Below, piece by piece: positions 1-10,501 of a stretch of DNA of 64,000 bases. Origin of the DNA: Steroidobacteraceae bacterium (GTDB taxonomy: Bacteria; Pseudomonadota; Gammaproteobacteria; Steroidobacterales; Steroidobacteraceae); the NCBI GenBank assembly GCA_035481795.1, contig DATHRI010000007.1, positions 73,939 through 137,938 of the forward strand, in the 5' to 3' direction. The position numbers and the translations under genes are program-made. The notes below the pieces were generated by a model that searched no databases, had not been told where the DNA came from, and saw nothing but the letters and a program-made list of their open reading frames with translations. Position 1 is the first letter of the stretch; every line of letters begins with the position of its first letter.

Positions 1-38
1 GATATCAAAGACGCTCAATGTCATCAGAGAAAATCCAT

Positions 39-3000
39 TCATGCATCCGCGAGTGACAGCAGGCTCGCATTGCCCCCCACGGCCGCGGTATTGGTACTGA
101 TCGTCTGCTCCGTGGCAAAGCGCGTCAGGTAATGCGGCCCGCCGGCCTTGGGTCCGGTACCCGAAAGACCGCAGCCGCCAAAGGGCTGCACGCCTACGAC
201 CGCGCCGATCATATTCCGATTGACATAGATATTCCCGATTCGCGCCCGGGACGCGATGCGCTCCGCGACGGCATCGATGCGCGTGTGAATGCCGAGGGTG
301 AGCCCATAGCCCATTGCATTTAGCTGCTCGACGACGTGATCGAGCTCGCTCGCGCGATAGGTCAGAATGTGCACAATGGGTCCAAATACCTCGCGTTCCA
401 GTGCGGCAAGCCCGGGCACGGCAACCGCCAGAGGCGCGAAAAACCTGCCGCGGCCGACGTGCGCGCCCAGCTGCGCCCGGTGGTGCCACAGACCACTCGC
501 CGTCACTTGTGCCGCATAGGTCTCGAGCATCGTGAGCGCTTCACGATCGATGACCGGCCCCACATCTGTCGCAAGCCACGCGGGATTTCCCACGCGCAGC
601 TCGTCCATGTATCCGGCCAGAAGCTCCTTGACGCGCGGCGCGACCTCCTCCTGCAGGATGAGCGCCCGCAACGCGGAGCAGCGCTGGCCGGCGCTGTTGA
701 AGCCGGAAGCCGCCGCATCGAGTACGACCTGCTCGGGCAACGCCGAGCTGTCGACGAGCATTGCGTTGATACCGCCGGTCTCGGCAATGAAAGTTGCAAT
801 CGCGCCCGGGCGGGCGGCAAGGCTGCGCTCGATGAGCCGCCCCGTCGCGGTTGAGCCGGTGAAGACGACGCCCGCCACGCGCGGATCGCGCGTGAGTGCG
901 GCGCCGACCGTGCCGCCCTCCCCCGGCAGAAACTGCAGCACTTCGACCGGTACGCCCGCCTCGTGCAGGAATTGCACGGCGAGCGCCGCAGTGAGTGGCG
1001 TTTGCTCGGCCGGCTTGGCGATGACGGCGTTGCCCGCCGCGAGCGCCGCGCTCACCTGTCCGGTGAAGATTGCGAGCGGAAAATTCCACGGGCTGATGCA
1101 GGCAAACACGCCACGCCCCCGCAGCCGCAGCGCATTCTTCTCGCCCGTAGGACCCGGCAACAGCGTCTCGGCAGCAAACAGGCGGCGCGACTGCTGTGCG
1201 TAGTAGCGCAGGAAGTCGACCGCCTCGCGCACTTCCGCGACACCGTCGGGCAGGGTCTTGCCCGCTTCGAGCACGCAGCGCGCGATGAGCTCTTCGCGGC
1301 GCGTCTCGAAGATTTCGGCCGCCCGCTCGAGAATTGCGGCGCGCTCGGCGGCATCGCGCGCCTCCCACGCGGCGGCGGCGGCGCCTGCGCCGGTGAGCGC
1401 GCGCTCGACATCGGCAGAGGAGGCCTGCACGACCGTCCCGAGCTGCTGCGATTCATCCGCTGGATTGACGAGCTGCAGCCCTTTTCCCGTGCCCGCCTTG
1501 CCATTGACCAGCGTCGCCGCGCGCCAGGGCGCGGCGGCAGCGGCCTCGCAGGCTCTCTTCAGCCGTTCAAGTTCCGCCGCGTCGGCGAAATTGACGCCCA
1601 GGGAATTCAGCCGTTCACCGCCGTAGAGCTGTCGCGGTAGCGCGATGCGCGGATGGGAGACCTGCGCCAGGCGGTCAACCTCGGCGATGGGATCCGCGAC
1701 CACGTCTGCCGCCGGCAGCCGCTCATCGACTACGCGATTGACAAAGGACGTATTGGCGCCGTTCTCGAGGAGCCTGCGGACGAGGTAGGGCAACAGATCC
1801 TCATGTGCTCCCACCGGGGCATACACGCGGCACGGATAGCCGCCGGCATCGGCGGCAATGACCTGTGAATACAGCTCCTCGCCCATGCCGTGCAGTCGCT
1901 GGAATTCGAATGCGCCGCGGCGATCGCGGAAGAGTTCCGTGATGTACGCAACGGTATGCGCGTTGTGAGTGGCGAACTGCGGGTAGATCACGTCGGTAGC
2001 CGTCGCGAGAAGTCGCGCGCAGGCGAGGTACGACACGTCGGTGTTTGCCTTGCGCGTGAACACGGGGTAGCCGGCAAGGCCGCGCTCCTGCGCGCGCTTG
2101 ATCTCGCTGTCCCAATACGCACCCTTGACCAGACGCACGGTGAGGCTGCGGCCGAGCGCGCGCGCGCGTTCGATGAGCCATTCGAGAAGCGCCGGCGTGC
2201 GCTTTTGATACGCCTGCACGGCAAGCCCAAAGCCGCTGTAGTTCGCGAGCTCCTTGCTTGCGAGCAGCGCTTCGATCAGAAGAAGCGAGAGCTCCAGCCG
2301 CTCGGCCTCCTCGGCATCGATGGTGACGCCGATACCCGCATCGCGCGCCAGTTTGACGAGCGCGAGCAATTGCGGCGCGAGCTCCGCGACAACGCGCTGG
2401 CGCTGCGCGAACTCGTAACGCGGATGCAGCGCCGAGAGCTTGATGGAAATGCTGTGCCGCGCGGACATCGCGGTCCCGGGCCGAACCGCGCGGCCGACCG
2501 CGACAATCGCCGCCCGATATTTCTCAAAGTAGCGCGCGGCGTCGGCCGGCGTCAGCGCCGCCTCGCCCAGCATGTCGAAGGAATAGCGGTACGCGCGCTC
2601 CGTCGTCCCGGTGGTGCGCTCCAGCGCCTCTTCGATGGTCCGGCCCATGACGAACTGATGGCCGAGGATGCGCATGGCCTGGCGCAACGCCGCGCGCGCC
2701 ACGGGCTCGCTGATGCGACTCGCGAGCCGCGCAAACCAGCCCCCCACCGAACTCGCCGCCGTGCGATCCACATCGACCATGCTCCCGGTCAGCATCAGCC
2801 CCCAGGTCGATGCATTGACGAACAGCGACTCGCTGTCCCCCAGATGCTCCCCCCAGTCGCCGGCGGCGATCTTGTCGGCAATCAGCCGATCCGCCGTGTG
2901 CGCGTCCGGAATGCGCAGCAGCGCCTCTGCGAGGCACATCAGAATCACGCCCTCGGGCGATGCGAGGTGGTATTCGCGCAGAAAGGCATCGAGCCCGGAG

Positions 3001-3239
3001 CCCGACGGCCGGGCTGCGCGCACCGCCTGCACCAGCGCCAGCCCGCGCGCCTGTACCGCGGCCGCGTCCGCCGCGGCAAGCCGCGCGCGCTCGGCGAGCG
3101 CGCGCACGATGGGCTCCTCCGGCGCGAGAAATGCCGAATTGATCACGCTGCCGACCGTGGAGGTGGGTGCAACGTCGTCCGGCACGACGAAGCGCACCGC
3201 GCGAGAAGGTGAAGAGTGCATGCTGCGAGTATAATTCAT
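39..3239 (-). CDS. putA: Bifunctional proline dehydrogenase / P5C dehydrogenase PutA (short form, no DNA-binding domain)
   Basis: Long ORF. PRODH region motifs [15 protein letters not shown] and [10 protein letters not shown], then aldehyde dehydrogenase motifs [18 protein letters not shown] and [10 protein letters not shown]. Start set to ATG 3239 (MNYTRS..); ATG 3221 is also possible. The ORF-track start 3437 would run through kbl. Confidence 0.9.
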   Translation of the reverse strand: MNYTRSMHSSPSRAVRFVVPDDVAPTSTVGSVINSAFLAPEEPIVRALAERARLAAADAAAVQARGLALVQAVRAARPSGSGLDAFLREYHLASPEGVILMCLAEALLRIPDAHTADRLIADKIAAGDWGEHLGDSESLFVNASTWGLMLTGSMVDVDRTAASSVGGWFARLASRISEPVARAALRQAMRILGHQFVMGRTIEEALERTTGTTERAYRYSFDMLGEAALTPADAARYFEKYRAAIVAVGRAVRPGTAMSARHSISIKLSALHPRYEFAQRQRVVAELAPQLLALVKLARDAGIGVTIDAEEAERLELSLLLIEALLASKELANYSGFGLAVQAYQKRTPALLEWLIERARALGRSLTVRLVKGAYWDSEIKRAQERGLAGYPVFTRKANTDVSYLACARLLATATDVIYPQFATHNAHTVAYITELFRDRRGAFEFQRLHGMGEELYSQVIAADAGGYPCRVYAPVGAHEDLLPYLVRRLLENGANTSFVNRVVDERLPAADVVADPIAEVDRLAQVSHPRIALPRQLYGGERLNSLGVNFADAAELERLKRACEAAAAAPWRAATLVNGKAGTGKGLQLVNPADESQQLGTVVQASSADVERALTGAGAAAAAWEARDAAERAAILERAAEIFETRREELIARCVLEAGKTLPDGVAEVREAVDFLRYYAQQSRRLFAAETLLPGPTGEKNALRLRGRGVFACISPWNFPLAIFTGQVSAALAAGNAVIAKPAEQTPLTAALAVQFLHEAGVPVEVLQFLPGEGGTVGAALTRDPRVAGVVFTGSTATGRLIERSLAARPGAIATFIAETGGINAMLVDSSALPEQVVLDAAASGFNSAGQRCSALRALILQEEVAPRVKELLAGYMDELRVGNPAWLATDVGPVIDREALTMLETYAAQVTASGLWHHRAQLGAHVGRGRFFAPLAVAVPGLAALEREVFGPIVHILTYRASELDHVVEQLNAMGYGLTLGIHTRIDAVAERIASRARIGNIYVNRNMIGAVVGVQPFGGCGLSGTGPKAGGPHYLTRFATEQTISTNTAAVGGNASLLSLADA

Positions 3240-3242
3240 GCG

Positions 3243-4448
3243 ATGAATGCCTCGATTCTGGAGCGCCTGCGCAGCGATCTCGCCGAGCTGCGCGCGGCCG
3301 GCCTTTACAAAGGCGAGCGCGTGCTGGGCAGCCCGCAGGGCGGGGTCATCCGCACCGGCGAGCACGACGTCATCAATCTCTGCGCCAATAACTACCTCGG
3401 GCTCGCCAATCATGCGGCGGTGCGCGAGGCGGCGCACCGCGCCATCGACGCCAAGGGCTATGGCATGGCGTCAGTGCGTTTCATCTGCGGCACCCAGGGC
3501 GTGCACAAACAGCTCGAGGAGCGCCTCAGCCGTTTTCTCGGCACTGAGGACGCGATCCTGTATTCCTCCTGCTTCGACGCCAATGGCGGTCTCTTCGAGA
3601 CTCTCCTCGATGAGCGCGACGCCGTCATCTCCGACACGCTCAACCACGCGAGCATCATCGACGGCATCCGCCTGTGCAAAGCCCAGCGCTACCGCTACGC
3701 GAACAGCGACATGGCGGAGCTCGAGAGCCGGCTGCAGGAGGCAAAGGGCGCGCGCACGCGCCTGATCGCGACCGACGGCGTATTTTCAATGGATGGCTAC
3801 ATCGCAAATCTCGCCGCGATCTGCGCTCTCGCTGAGCGCTACGACGCGCTCGTCATGGTCGATGACTCGCATGCCACGGGCTTCATGGGGGCGACGGGGC
3901 GCGGCACCCCCGAGCACTGCGGCGTCGCCGAGCGCATCGATATCTACACCGGGACGTTCGGCAAGGCGCTCGGCGGAGGCTGCGGGGGCTACGTCGCCGC
4001 ACGGCGCGAGATCGTCGAATGGCTGCGGCAGCGTTCCCGCCCCTATCTCTTCTCGAACAGCATTCCACCGCTGGTCGCGGCCGTGAGCCTGCGCGTGCTC
4101 GATCTTCTGGATGACACTTCGGAACTGCGCACGCGGCTGTTCGACAATGCGCGCTACTTCCGCGCCGGACTCGAGCGCGCCGGCTTTGAACTGAAGCCCG
4201 GCGAGCATCCGATCATTCCCGTCATGCTGGGGGATGCGGCGCTCGCCAGCCGCATGGCGGAGCGCTTGCTCGAGCACGGCGTGTACGTCATTGGCTTCTC
4301 CTTTCCGGTGGTGCCGAAGGGTGCAGCACGCATCCGCACGCAGATGTCCGCGGCGCTCACGCAGGCTCAGCTCGATGTCGCGCTCAAGGCTTTCGCGAGC
4401 GTCGGCCAGGAACTGGGGGTCATTGAGAAGGAGCGCAGACGCGGATGA
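3243..4448 (+). CDS. kbl: 2-amino-3-ketobutyrate CoA ligase (glycine C-acetyltransferase)
   Basis: Collinear with E. coli Kbl from [26 protein letters not shown]-enzyme motifs [20 protein letters not shown] and GTFGKALGG. Start ATG 3243 preferred over GTG 3216. Confidence 0.93.
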   Translation: MNASILERLRSDLAELRAAGLYKGERVLGSPQGGVIRTGEHDVINLCANNYLGLANHAAVREAAHRAIDAKGYGMASVRFICGTQGVHKQLEERLSRFLGTEDAILYSSCFDANGGLFETLLDERDAVISDTLNHASIIDGIRLCKAQRYRYANSDMAELESRLQEAKGARTRLIATDGVFSMDGYIANLAAICALAERYDALVMVDDSHATGFMGATGRGTPEHCGVAERIDIYTGTFGKALGGGCGGYVAARREIVEWLRQRSRPYLFSNSIPPLVAAVSLRVLDLLDDTSELRTRLFDNARYFRAGLERAGFELKPGEHPIIPVMLGDAALASRMAERLLEHGVYVIGFSFPVVPKGAARIRTQMSAALTQAQLDVALKAFASVGQELGVIEKERRRG

Positions 4449-5473
4449 AAGCGCTGGTCAAGAAGGAACGTCGGCCCGGAATCTGGCTCGATGAGATCGC
4501 CGAGCCCAAAGTCGGCCCAAACGATGTGCTCATCAAGATCGCCAAGACCGCCATCTGCGGCACCGACATGCACATCTATAAATGGGATAGCTGGGCGCAA
4601 AAGACGATCCCTGTGCCGATGGCGATCGGGCATGAGTACTACGGCCACATCGTCGAGATTGGCTCCGAGGTGGCGGGATTTAAGGCCGGCGATCGAGTCT
4701 CCGGAGAAGGGCATATCACCTGCGGCTATTGCCGCAATTGCCGTGCGGGGCGGCGCCACCTGTGCCGCAATACGGTCGGGGTCGGCGTCAACCGTCCCGG
4801 CGCCTTTGCCGAGTATCTTGCGATTCCGGCGGGCAATGCGTTCAAGCTGTCCGCGGCCATTTCGGACGACGTCGCCTCGATCCTCGACCCCTTTGGCAAT
4901 GCCACCCATACCGCGCTCGCCTTCAACATGGTCGGCGAGGATGTGCTCATCACGGGCGCGGGCCCCATCGGCATCATGGCCGTCGCCATCGCCCGCTTCG
5001 TGGGCGCGCGCCACGTCGTCATCACCGACGTCAATGACTATCGTCTGGGGCTCGCACGGAAAATGGGCGCATCGCGCGCGATCAACGTGACGCGCGAGTC
5101 GCTCGATCAGACGATGAAGGATCTTGACATGCAGGAGGGCTTCGACGTGGGGCTCGAGATGTCCGGCAACGCTGCGGCGCTGCGCGAGCTGCTGCGCACC
5201 ATGCACCATGGCGGCAGCGTCGCGATACTCGGCATTCCCCCGGAGGACACGGCCATCGACTGGAACGAGGTGATTTTCAAGGGGCTGACGCTGAAGGGCA
5301 TCTACGGCCGCGAGATGTTTGAGACCTGGTACAAGATGTCGAGCCTGCTGCAGAGTGGACTGTCACTCGCGCCTATAATTACGCACCACTATGGGATAGC
5401 CGACTACCTGCAGGGATTTGAGACCATGGGGTCGGGCCAATCGGGCAAAGTCATTCTCGATTGGGCAGCCTGA
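4445..5473 (+). CDS. tdh: L-threonine 3-dehydrogenase
   Basis: Zn-dependent ADH fold ([18 protein letters not shown]). Strongly Tdh-like N-terminus MKALVKK. ATGA overlap with the kbl stop gives the classic kbl-tdh operon. Confidence 0.93.
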   Translation: MKALVKKERRPGIWLDEIAEPKVGPNDVLIKIAKTAICGTDMHIYKWDSWAQKTIPVPMAIGHEYYGHIVEIGSEVAGFKAGDRVSGEGHITCGYCRNCRAGRRHLCRNTVGVGVNRPGAFAEYLAIPAGNAFKLSAAISDDVASILDPFGNATHTALAFNMVGEDVLITGAGPIGIMAVAIARFVGARHVVITDVNDYRLGLARKMGASRAINVTRESLDQTMKDLDMQEGFDVGLEMSGNAAALRELLRTMHHGGSVAILGIPPEDTAIDWNEVIFKGLTLKGIYGREMFETWYKMSSLLQSGLSLAPIITHHYGIADYLQGFETMGSGQSGKVILDWAA

Positions 5474-5583
5474 TGCGGACTCGTCGCCGCGCTGCCGGTG
5501 CGCATCACTTACTCGCGACGTCATCGCGGCAATCGCCTGAATTTAGTCATTAAAGCCCTCCCCTAATCTGCCCTGCCGCGGAG

Positions 5584-6009
5584 GTGTGCGTGAGGCAAGC
5601 GACCTTTATCCTCAAGGTGCCAAGCAGCGCCCCCGGACTGATCGAAATTACTGATCCCATTCGCGCCTGGGTTGAAGCACAATCGGTAACGACAGGGTTA
5701 CTGACGCTCTTCTGCCGCCACACTTCAGCGTCGCTTCTCATTCAGGAAAATGCCGCTCCCGAGGTGCGCGCGGACCTCGAAACATTCTTTCAAAAACTCG
5801 CTCCTGAAGAACCCGGCCGCTACGCACACGATAACGAAGGCCCTGATGACATGCCGGCCCACCTGCGCTCAGCGCTCACCCAGGTGCAGCTTTCGATTCC
5901 AATCCTTGCGGGCAGGCTGGTACTCGGAACCTGGCAGGGGATATACCTCTTCGAGCATCGGCGCCGACCGCAAGAGCGACAGGTCGCGCTGCACCTGTTA
6001 GGCACGTAG
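5584..6009 (+). CDS. YjbQ/UPF0047 family protein (secondary thiamine-phosphate synthase-like)
   Basis: 141-aa ORF with typical YjbQ signature stretches (TGLLTLFCRHTSASLLIQEN, DDMPAHLRS, GTWQGIYLFEHR). Confidence 0.8.
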   Translation: MCVRQATFILKVPSSAPGLIEITDPIRAWVEAQSVTTGLLTLFCRHTSASLLIQENAAPEVRADLETFFQKLAPEEPGRYAHDNEGPDDMPAHLRSALTQVQLSIPILAGRLVLGTWQGIYLFEHRRRPQERQVALHLLGT

Positions 6010-6109
6010 CTGCAGCCAATACGCCGGCGCAAGCGGCAGAACGACAGCCATGAGTGGATTCCGGTCTGCTACGGACGTCGCGCGGGACGCTACGTCTGCT
6101 TGGTGAAGA

Positions 6110-6580
6110 CTACAGTACAGGGCCGGCCTTCGACCCTGTGGCCGCTGCCTGCGGTGTCGGAGAATTTGGCGTCAATGTCATAGCCGTATTCTGTCCGGCC
6201 GGCCGCTGCCCAACGGCATACGGCGCAGCGCCAACCCGACCCCTGGCATAAATGCTGGCCGAACCATCGGCAGAAATCCTGCCGTCGAGCTGCAGCCAGC
6301 CCGGCTGCTCCTTCGTGCCCTTTTCACCATGCAAGACGCTATTGTTGACGATCGAATTGAATTCGAAGGAATAGCCGAGCGCGCCATTCGAATTTCCGCA
6401 GGACAGTCTGGTGTCCCAAATTCCGTCAAAACGGCTTGCGAGGCCGTCCCCGCGGGCAACGCCCAGCAGGTCGGGGACCAGGCATAGGCTTATCGCGACG
6501 AGACTCTTCACGACGCCGTTCTTTGTGCAGCGGGTGCACGCTTCGCGGAATATTGCAAAGAGCCGCATGAGCAAATCCAA
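6110..6580 (-). CDS. Hypothetical secreted protein
   Basis: 156-aa ORF with a hydrophobic N-terminal segment (VKSLVAISLCLV) and non-repetitive, protein-like composition. No family recognised. Start uncertain. Confidence 0.45.
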   Translation of the reverse strand: MDLLMRLFAIFREACTRCTKNGVVKSLVAISLCLVPDLLGVARGDGLASRFDGIWDTRLSCGNSNGALGYSFEFNSIVNNSVLHGEKGTKEQPGWLQLDGRISADGSASIYARGRVGAAPYAVGQRPAGQNTAMTLTPNSPTPQAAATGSKAGPVL

Positions 6581-6661
6581 TTCCGACCGAACCGCTGACC
6601 GAGCTTAACGCGACGACCGCGCCGGTCCATCGGCAATCCGCACGGCCAACTGGGACGAGGC

Positions 6662-8503
6662 CTACGGGACGCCGCAGAAGCAGTAGGCGTACAGCCGGTC
6701 CCGTGCGGTGAAGTGACTGAGGCGCTCGACTTCGCGCGCCAGTGGATCAAGCTCGGTGAGGACGTGCGCCAGCGCGCGTGCGTTGCCGTCGGCGCTGAAC
6801 AGGAGCCGCGCAACACTACCCTTGAGCTGCATGGCCAGCTGTTCCGCCCAGGTCAACTCCGGCTCGATGAAGTGCACATCGTAGGTCGTGAGCTTCGCGC
6901 GCCGCGCCGCCGCTTTGACCGCATCGTCAAATGAGCCCAGCTCATCGACGAGCCCGAGGCGTTTGCCGTCGACGCCTGCCCAGACACGGCCCTGACCGAT
7001 CTCGTCCACCTGATCGCGCGTCTTCTTGCGGCCACTGGCGACGCGCTTGATGAATTCTTCGTAGCCGCGCTCAACCGTCGACTGCAGCAGCGCGCGGGCG
7101 GGCGCACCGAGCGGACGGTCGAGGCGCAATTGACCGGAGAGCGGCGTCGTGCCGACGCCATCGACATTGACACCGACCTTGGCGAGGGTGCGCGGCACAG
7201 TGGGAATAATCGCAAAGATGCCGATGGAACCGGTCACTGTCGCGGGACTTGCCCAGATCTCATCCGCGGGTGCGGAGATGTAGTAGCCGCCGGAGGCTGC
7301 GTAATTGGCCATCGATACGATGAGCGGCTTGCCGGCGGCTTTGAGCGCTTTGAGCTCTTGGTAGATCTGCTCGGAGGCGTTCACGCTGCCGCCGGGACTG
7401 TCGACGCGCAGCACCACCGCGCGCACGTTGTCATCCATGCGCGCCGTTCTGATCAAGCGCGCCGTGGACTCCCCGCCGATCGTACCGGGGGGCTGGTCGC
7501 CGTCGAGGATTTCCCCTTCGGCTACGATGACACCGATTCGGTGGCCGCGCCCCGCCGTGATTTTCTTCTGCGCATGGAGGATGCGCGCGTAGTCCTGGTC
7601 GGAGACCGAATGGAAGGATCCATCCGACTCGTCTTCGCCGACCATGGCGATGAGCTCGTGTTCGACCTCGAGCCGCGTCTTGACACCGGTGACCAGGCCC
7701 GCCTTGAGCGCAACCTGCGGAGCGTCGCCGTCGGCCGCCGGAATGCTTTTCGGCAGGTCCGTCACGTAGGTCGCGACCGCGTCCGCCGGAAGCTTGCGCG
7801 CCTTGGTGGTCGCGGCCTGGTAGCTCGTCCACAGCGCACTCAAATAGCCCAGCGCGTTCTGGCGCGCATCCTCCGACATGTCGTTGCGCGTGAAGACCTC
7901 CACCGCGCTTTTGAAGGCGCCGACGCGGAACACGTTGATGTCGACGCCGAGCTTGTCGAGCGCGTCTTTGAAGAACATGCGATAGCCGTCATAGCCGTCA
8001 ATGAGCACGAAGCCCATGGGGTCGACGTAGATCTCATCCGCCTGCGCCGCGATGTAGTACGGCGCCTGCAGGTAGCTCGTCGCGACGGCGATGACCTTCT
8101 TGCCGCTCGCGCGGAATTCGCGGATGGCGCGTGCCAGCTCCTCAAGCGTCGGCTGGCCGCCGCCCTCAAAATGCTCCAGATCGAGCACCAGCACGGGAAT
8201 GCGCTTGTCTTTGGCCGCCGCGCGGATGCTGTCGGTGAGGTCCCACAGGAGGGTCTCGGCGCGCTCCTTGCCGCGCGCCTCCTCGAGGGCTCTTTGCAGG
8301 GGATCGCCGGAGAGCTGCTCGACGAGGCGCCCTTCCGGGGCCACGACGAGCGCCGCCCGCTGCGGGACGCTTGGGATCGAGCCGTGCAGTGCGACCAGCA
8401 CCACGCCGAAGATAAAGAACAGCAGAAGCAAATGCAGCACCCGGCGCAGGCCGTCGAGAAACTGCCATACGCCGTGCCCGATATTGCGAAGCGACGCCAT
8501 CAA
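6662..8503 (-). CDS. sppA: Signal peptide peptidase SppA, 67K type
   Basis: 613 aa. N-terminal TM segment followed by two S49/ClpP-like peptidase repeats (VLRVDSPGGSV, ASGGYYISAPADEI). Confidence 0.9.
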   Translation of the reverse strand: MMASLRNIGHGVWQFLDGLRRVLHLLLLFFIFGVVLVALHGSIPSVPQRAALVVAPEGRLVEQLSGDPLQRALEEARGKERAETLLWDLTDSIRAAAKDKRIPVLVLDLEHFEGGGQPTLEELARAIREFRASGKKVIAVATSYLQAPYYIAAQADEIYVDPMGFVLIDGYDGYRMFFKDALDKLGVDINVFRVGAFKSAVEVFTRNDMSEDARQNALGYLSALWTSYQAATTKARKLPADAVATYVTDLPKSIPAADGDAPQVALKAGLVTGVKTRLEVEHELIAMVGEDESDGSFHSVSDQDYARILHAQKKITAGRGHRIGVIVAEGEILDGDQPPGTIGGESTARLIRTARMDDNVRAVVLRVDSPGGSVNASEQIYQELKALKAAGKPLIVSMANYAASGGYYISAPADEIWASPATVTGSIGIFAIIPTVPRTLAKVGVNVDGVGTTPLSGQLRLDRPLGAPARALLQSTVERGYEEFIKRVASGRKKTRDQVDEIGQGRVWAGVDGKRLGLVDELGSFDDAVKAAARRAKLTTYDVHFIEPELTWAEQLAMQLKGSVARLLFSADGNARALAHVLTELDPLAREVERLSHFTARDRLYAYCFCGVP

Positions 8504-8511
8504 CCCAACGC

Positions 8512-8856
8512 TCAGATTTTCTCTTCGATGCGCGCCGCCTTGCCGGAAAGTGCGCGCAGGTAGTAGAGCTTGGCGCGGCGTACGCTGCCGCGGCGCTTGA
8601 CGACGACATCGCTGATCGACGGGCTGTGGGACTGGAAGACGCGCTCGACGCCCTCACCGTGCGAGATCTTGCGCACCGTAAATGAGGAGTTGAGGCCGCG
8701 ATTGCTCTTGGCGATCACGACGCCCTCGTACGCCTGTACGCGCTCGCGGTCGCCCTCGACCACCTTCACCTGCACGACCACCGTGTCGCCCGGATTGAAA
8801 TCCGGAAGCTTTCTCGTCATGCGACGACTTTCGATGTCCTGAACGATCTTACTCAT
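8512..8856 (-). CDS. rplS: 50S ribosomal protein L19
   Basis: 114 aa. Canonical L19 sequence ([30 protein letters not shown]). Confidence 0.97.
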   Translation of the reverse strand: MSKIVQDIESRRMTRKLPDFNPGDTVVVQVKVVEGDRERVQAYEGVVIAKSNRGLNSSFTVRKISHGEGVERVFQSHSPSISDVVVKRRGSVRRAKLYYLRALSGKAARIEEKI

Positions 8857-8859
8857 AAC

Positions 8860-9621
8860 TCACCTTTCCTCCGCCGGCTCGCCGGCCTTGCGGGCAGCGA
8901 GCAATTTATGGAGGGCTTCCCCGGCCTCGGCCGTCAGCTCCTCCTTCGCGATCAGATCCGGGCGGCGCAGCCATGTGCGGGCCACCGCCTGCGCGAGCCG
9001 CCAGCGCCGGATGTCAGCGTGATCACCGGACAATAGCACTTGCGGCACCGCCAGGCCCTCGAAAACCTCGGGCCGCGTGTAGTGCGGCCAGTCCAGAAGA
9101 CCCGCCGCAAAGGAGTCCTCCGCGCTGGAGCGCTCATCGCCGAGAACACCCGGCATGAGGCGCGCCACCGCGTCGATCACCACGAGCGCGGGCAGCTCGC
9201 CACCCGAGAGCACGTAATCGCCGATCGACAGGTCCCGATCGACGCCGAGGGCAATCACCCGCTCATCAAGCCCCTCGTAGCGGCCCGCGATGAGCAAAAA
9301 TCCCGGCAGGGCGGCGAGCTCGCGCGCCTTCGCCGCCGTGAAAAGCTCGCCCTGCGCCGACAGGCAAATCCGCGGGCTGCCGGCGGGCAGGCGCGCATGC
9401 GCCGCCCGGATCGCAGCCACCATGGGCTCGGGCTTCAACACCATGCCCGGACCCCCACCGTAGGGCCGGTCATCCACCGTGCGGTGCGCATTGGCCGTAT
9501 GCGCACGCGGATCCTCCGTACCGACTCGCAAGAGCCCGCGCTCGGCGGCGCGACCGAGCACGCCGAAAGCGAGCGCGCCACGGACCATGTCCGGAAACAG
9601 CGTGACGATCTCAATGTGCAC
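8860..9621 (-). CDS. trmD: tRNA (guanine37-N1)-methyltransferase
   Basis: TrmD sequence VHIEIVTLFPDM... Start taken as GTG 9621, preceded by GGAG. The ORF-track start 9657 overlaps rimM. Confidence 0.93.
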   Translation of the reverse strand: MHIEIVTLFPDMVRGALAFGVLGRAAERGLLRVGTEDPRAHTANAHRTVDDRPYGGGPGMVLKPEPMVAAIRAAHARLPAGSPRICLSAQGELFTAAKARELAALPGFLLIAGRYEGLDERVIALGVDRDLSIGDYVLSGGELPALVVIDAVARLMPGVLGDERSSAEDSFAAGLLDWPHYTRPEVFEGLAVPQVLLSGDHADIRRWRLAQAVARTWLRRPDLIAKEELTAEAGEALHKLLAARKAGEPAEER

Positions 9622-9631
9622 GCGCGCGCTC

Positions 9632-10138
9632 CTAGTCGGAGTCGACCGGCCAATCAACGACGATGCGACCCGCCGCCAAATCCACGGCCCACAGATATTC
9701 AGGCGTCGCCGGCACCCAGTGCTCTGCAGAGGCCCCCTGCCGGATCACCATCGTGGCGCCGTTCGCGGCCTCGACAAAGTGCGCGAGCACGCCCAAGTCC
9801 ACACCCTCGCGGTTGCTCACCGCCAGTCCCACGAGATCCGCGCGGTAGTACTCGCGCCTGCGCGTGGGCGGCAGCTCGCCGCGCGCCACCTCAATCACCG
9901 CGCCGACGAGCTCCTGCGCCGCCGGTCGATCCTCAATGCCCTCCAGATGCACCACGAGCTCGCGCCCCTGCGAGCGCCCTTCCGTTACGACGTGGGTCGA
10001 GCGCGCGCCGCGGGAGCTGCGCAGCGTCCACTTGCGGTAATCGAGCAGCGCCTCGAGCGGGTCGGTAAAGGATTCCACGTGCAGCCAGCCTTTGACGCCG
10101 AATGGCCTGCGAATTCGCCCGAGCTCGACCCACTGCAC
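9632..10138 (-). CDS. rimM: 16S rRNA processing protein RimM
   Basis: 168 aa. N-terminus ELGRIRRPFGVKGW is typical of RimM. Sits between rpsP and trmD. Confidence 0.92.
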   Translation of the reverse strand: MQWVELGRIRRPFGVKGWLHVESFTDPLEALLDYRKWTLRSSRGARSTHVVTEGRSQGRELVVHLEGIEDRPAAQELVGAVIEVARGELPPTRRREYYRADLVGLAVSNREGVDLGVLAHFVEAANGATMVIRQGASAEHWVPATPEYLWAVDLAAGRIVVDWPVDSD

Positions 10139-10163
10139 GAAGCCGCCGCTCGCGCCGGACGCG

Positions 10164-10424
10164 TCAGGTGCTGGGGCTCGCCTGCTTGCGGTAGGACGCG
10201 ACGAGCGCGCGCACGCGATCGGACTGCTGCGCGCCCTGGCTCAGCCAGTAATCGATGCGCGGCAGGTCAAGCTTAAGCTTTGGCTCACTGCGGCGCGCGA
10301 TCGGGTTGAAGAACCCGACGTGCTCGAGGCTGAGACCGCCCTGGCGCTTGCGGCTGTCCGTCACCACCAAATGATAAAAGGGCTGATTCCGTGCTCCGCG
10401 CCGCGTCAGACGAATCGTTACCAT
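10164..10424 (-). CDS. rpsP: 30S ribosomal protein S16
   Basis: MVTIRLTRRGARNQPFYHLVV is the canonical S16 N-terminus. Start moved to ATG 10424. Confidence 0.96.
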   Translation of the reverse strand: MVTIRLTRRGARNQPFYHLVVTDSRKRQGGLSLEHVGFFNPIARRSEPKLKLDLPRIDYWLSQGAQQSDRVRALVASYRKQASPST

Positions 10425-10501
10425 GATGAGATCGGCCGCCCAAAAAAGAGCGCGGATTCTACGCAAAAGCGGCCGCCTGCGCAAAACGGCCCTCGCGGGC
10501 G

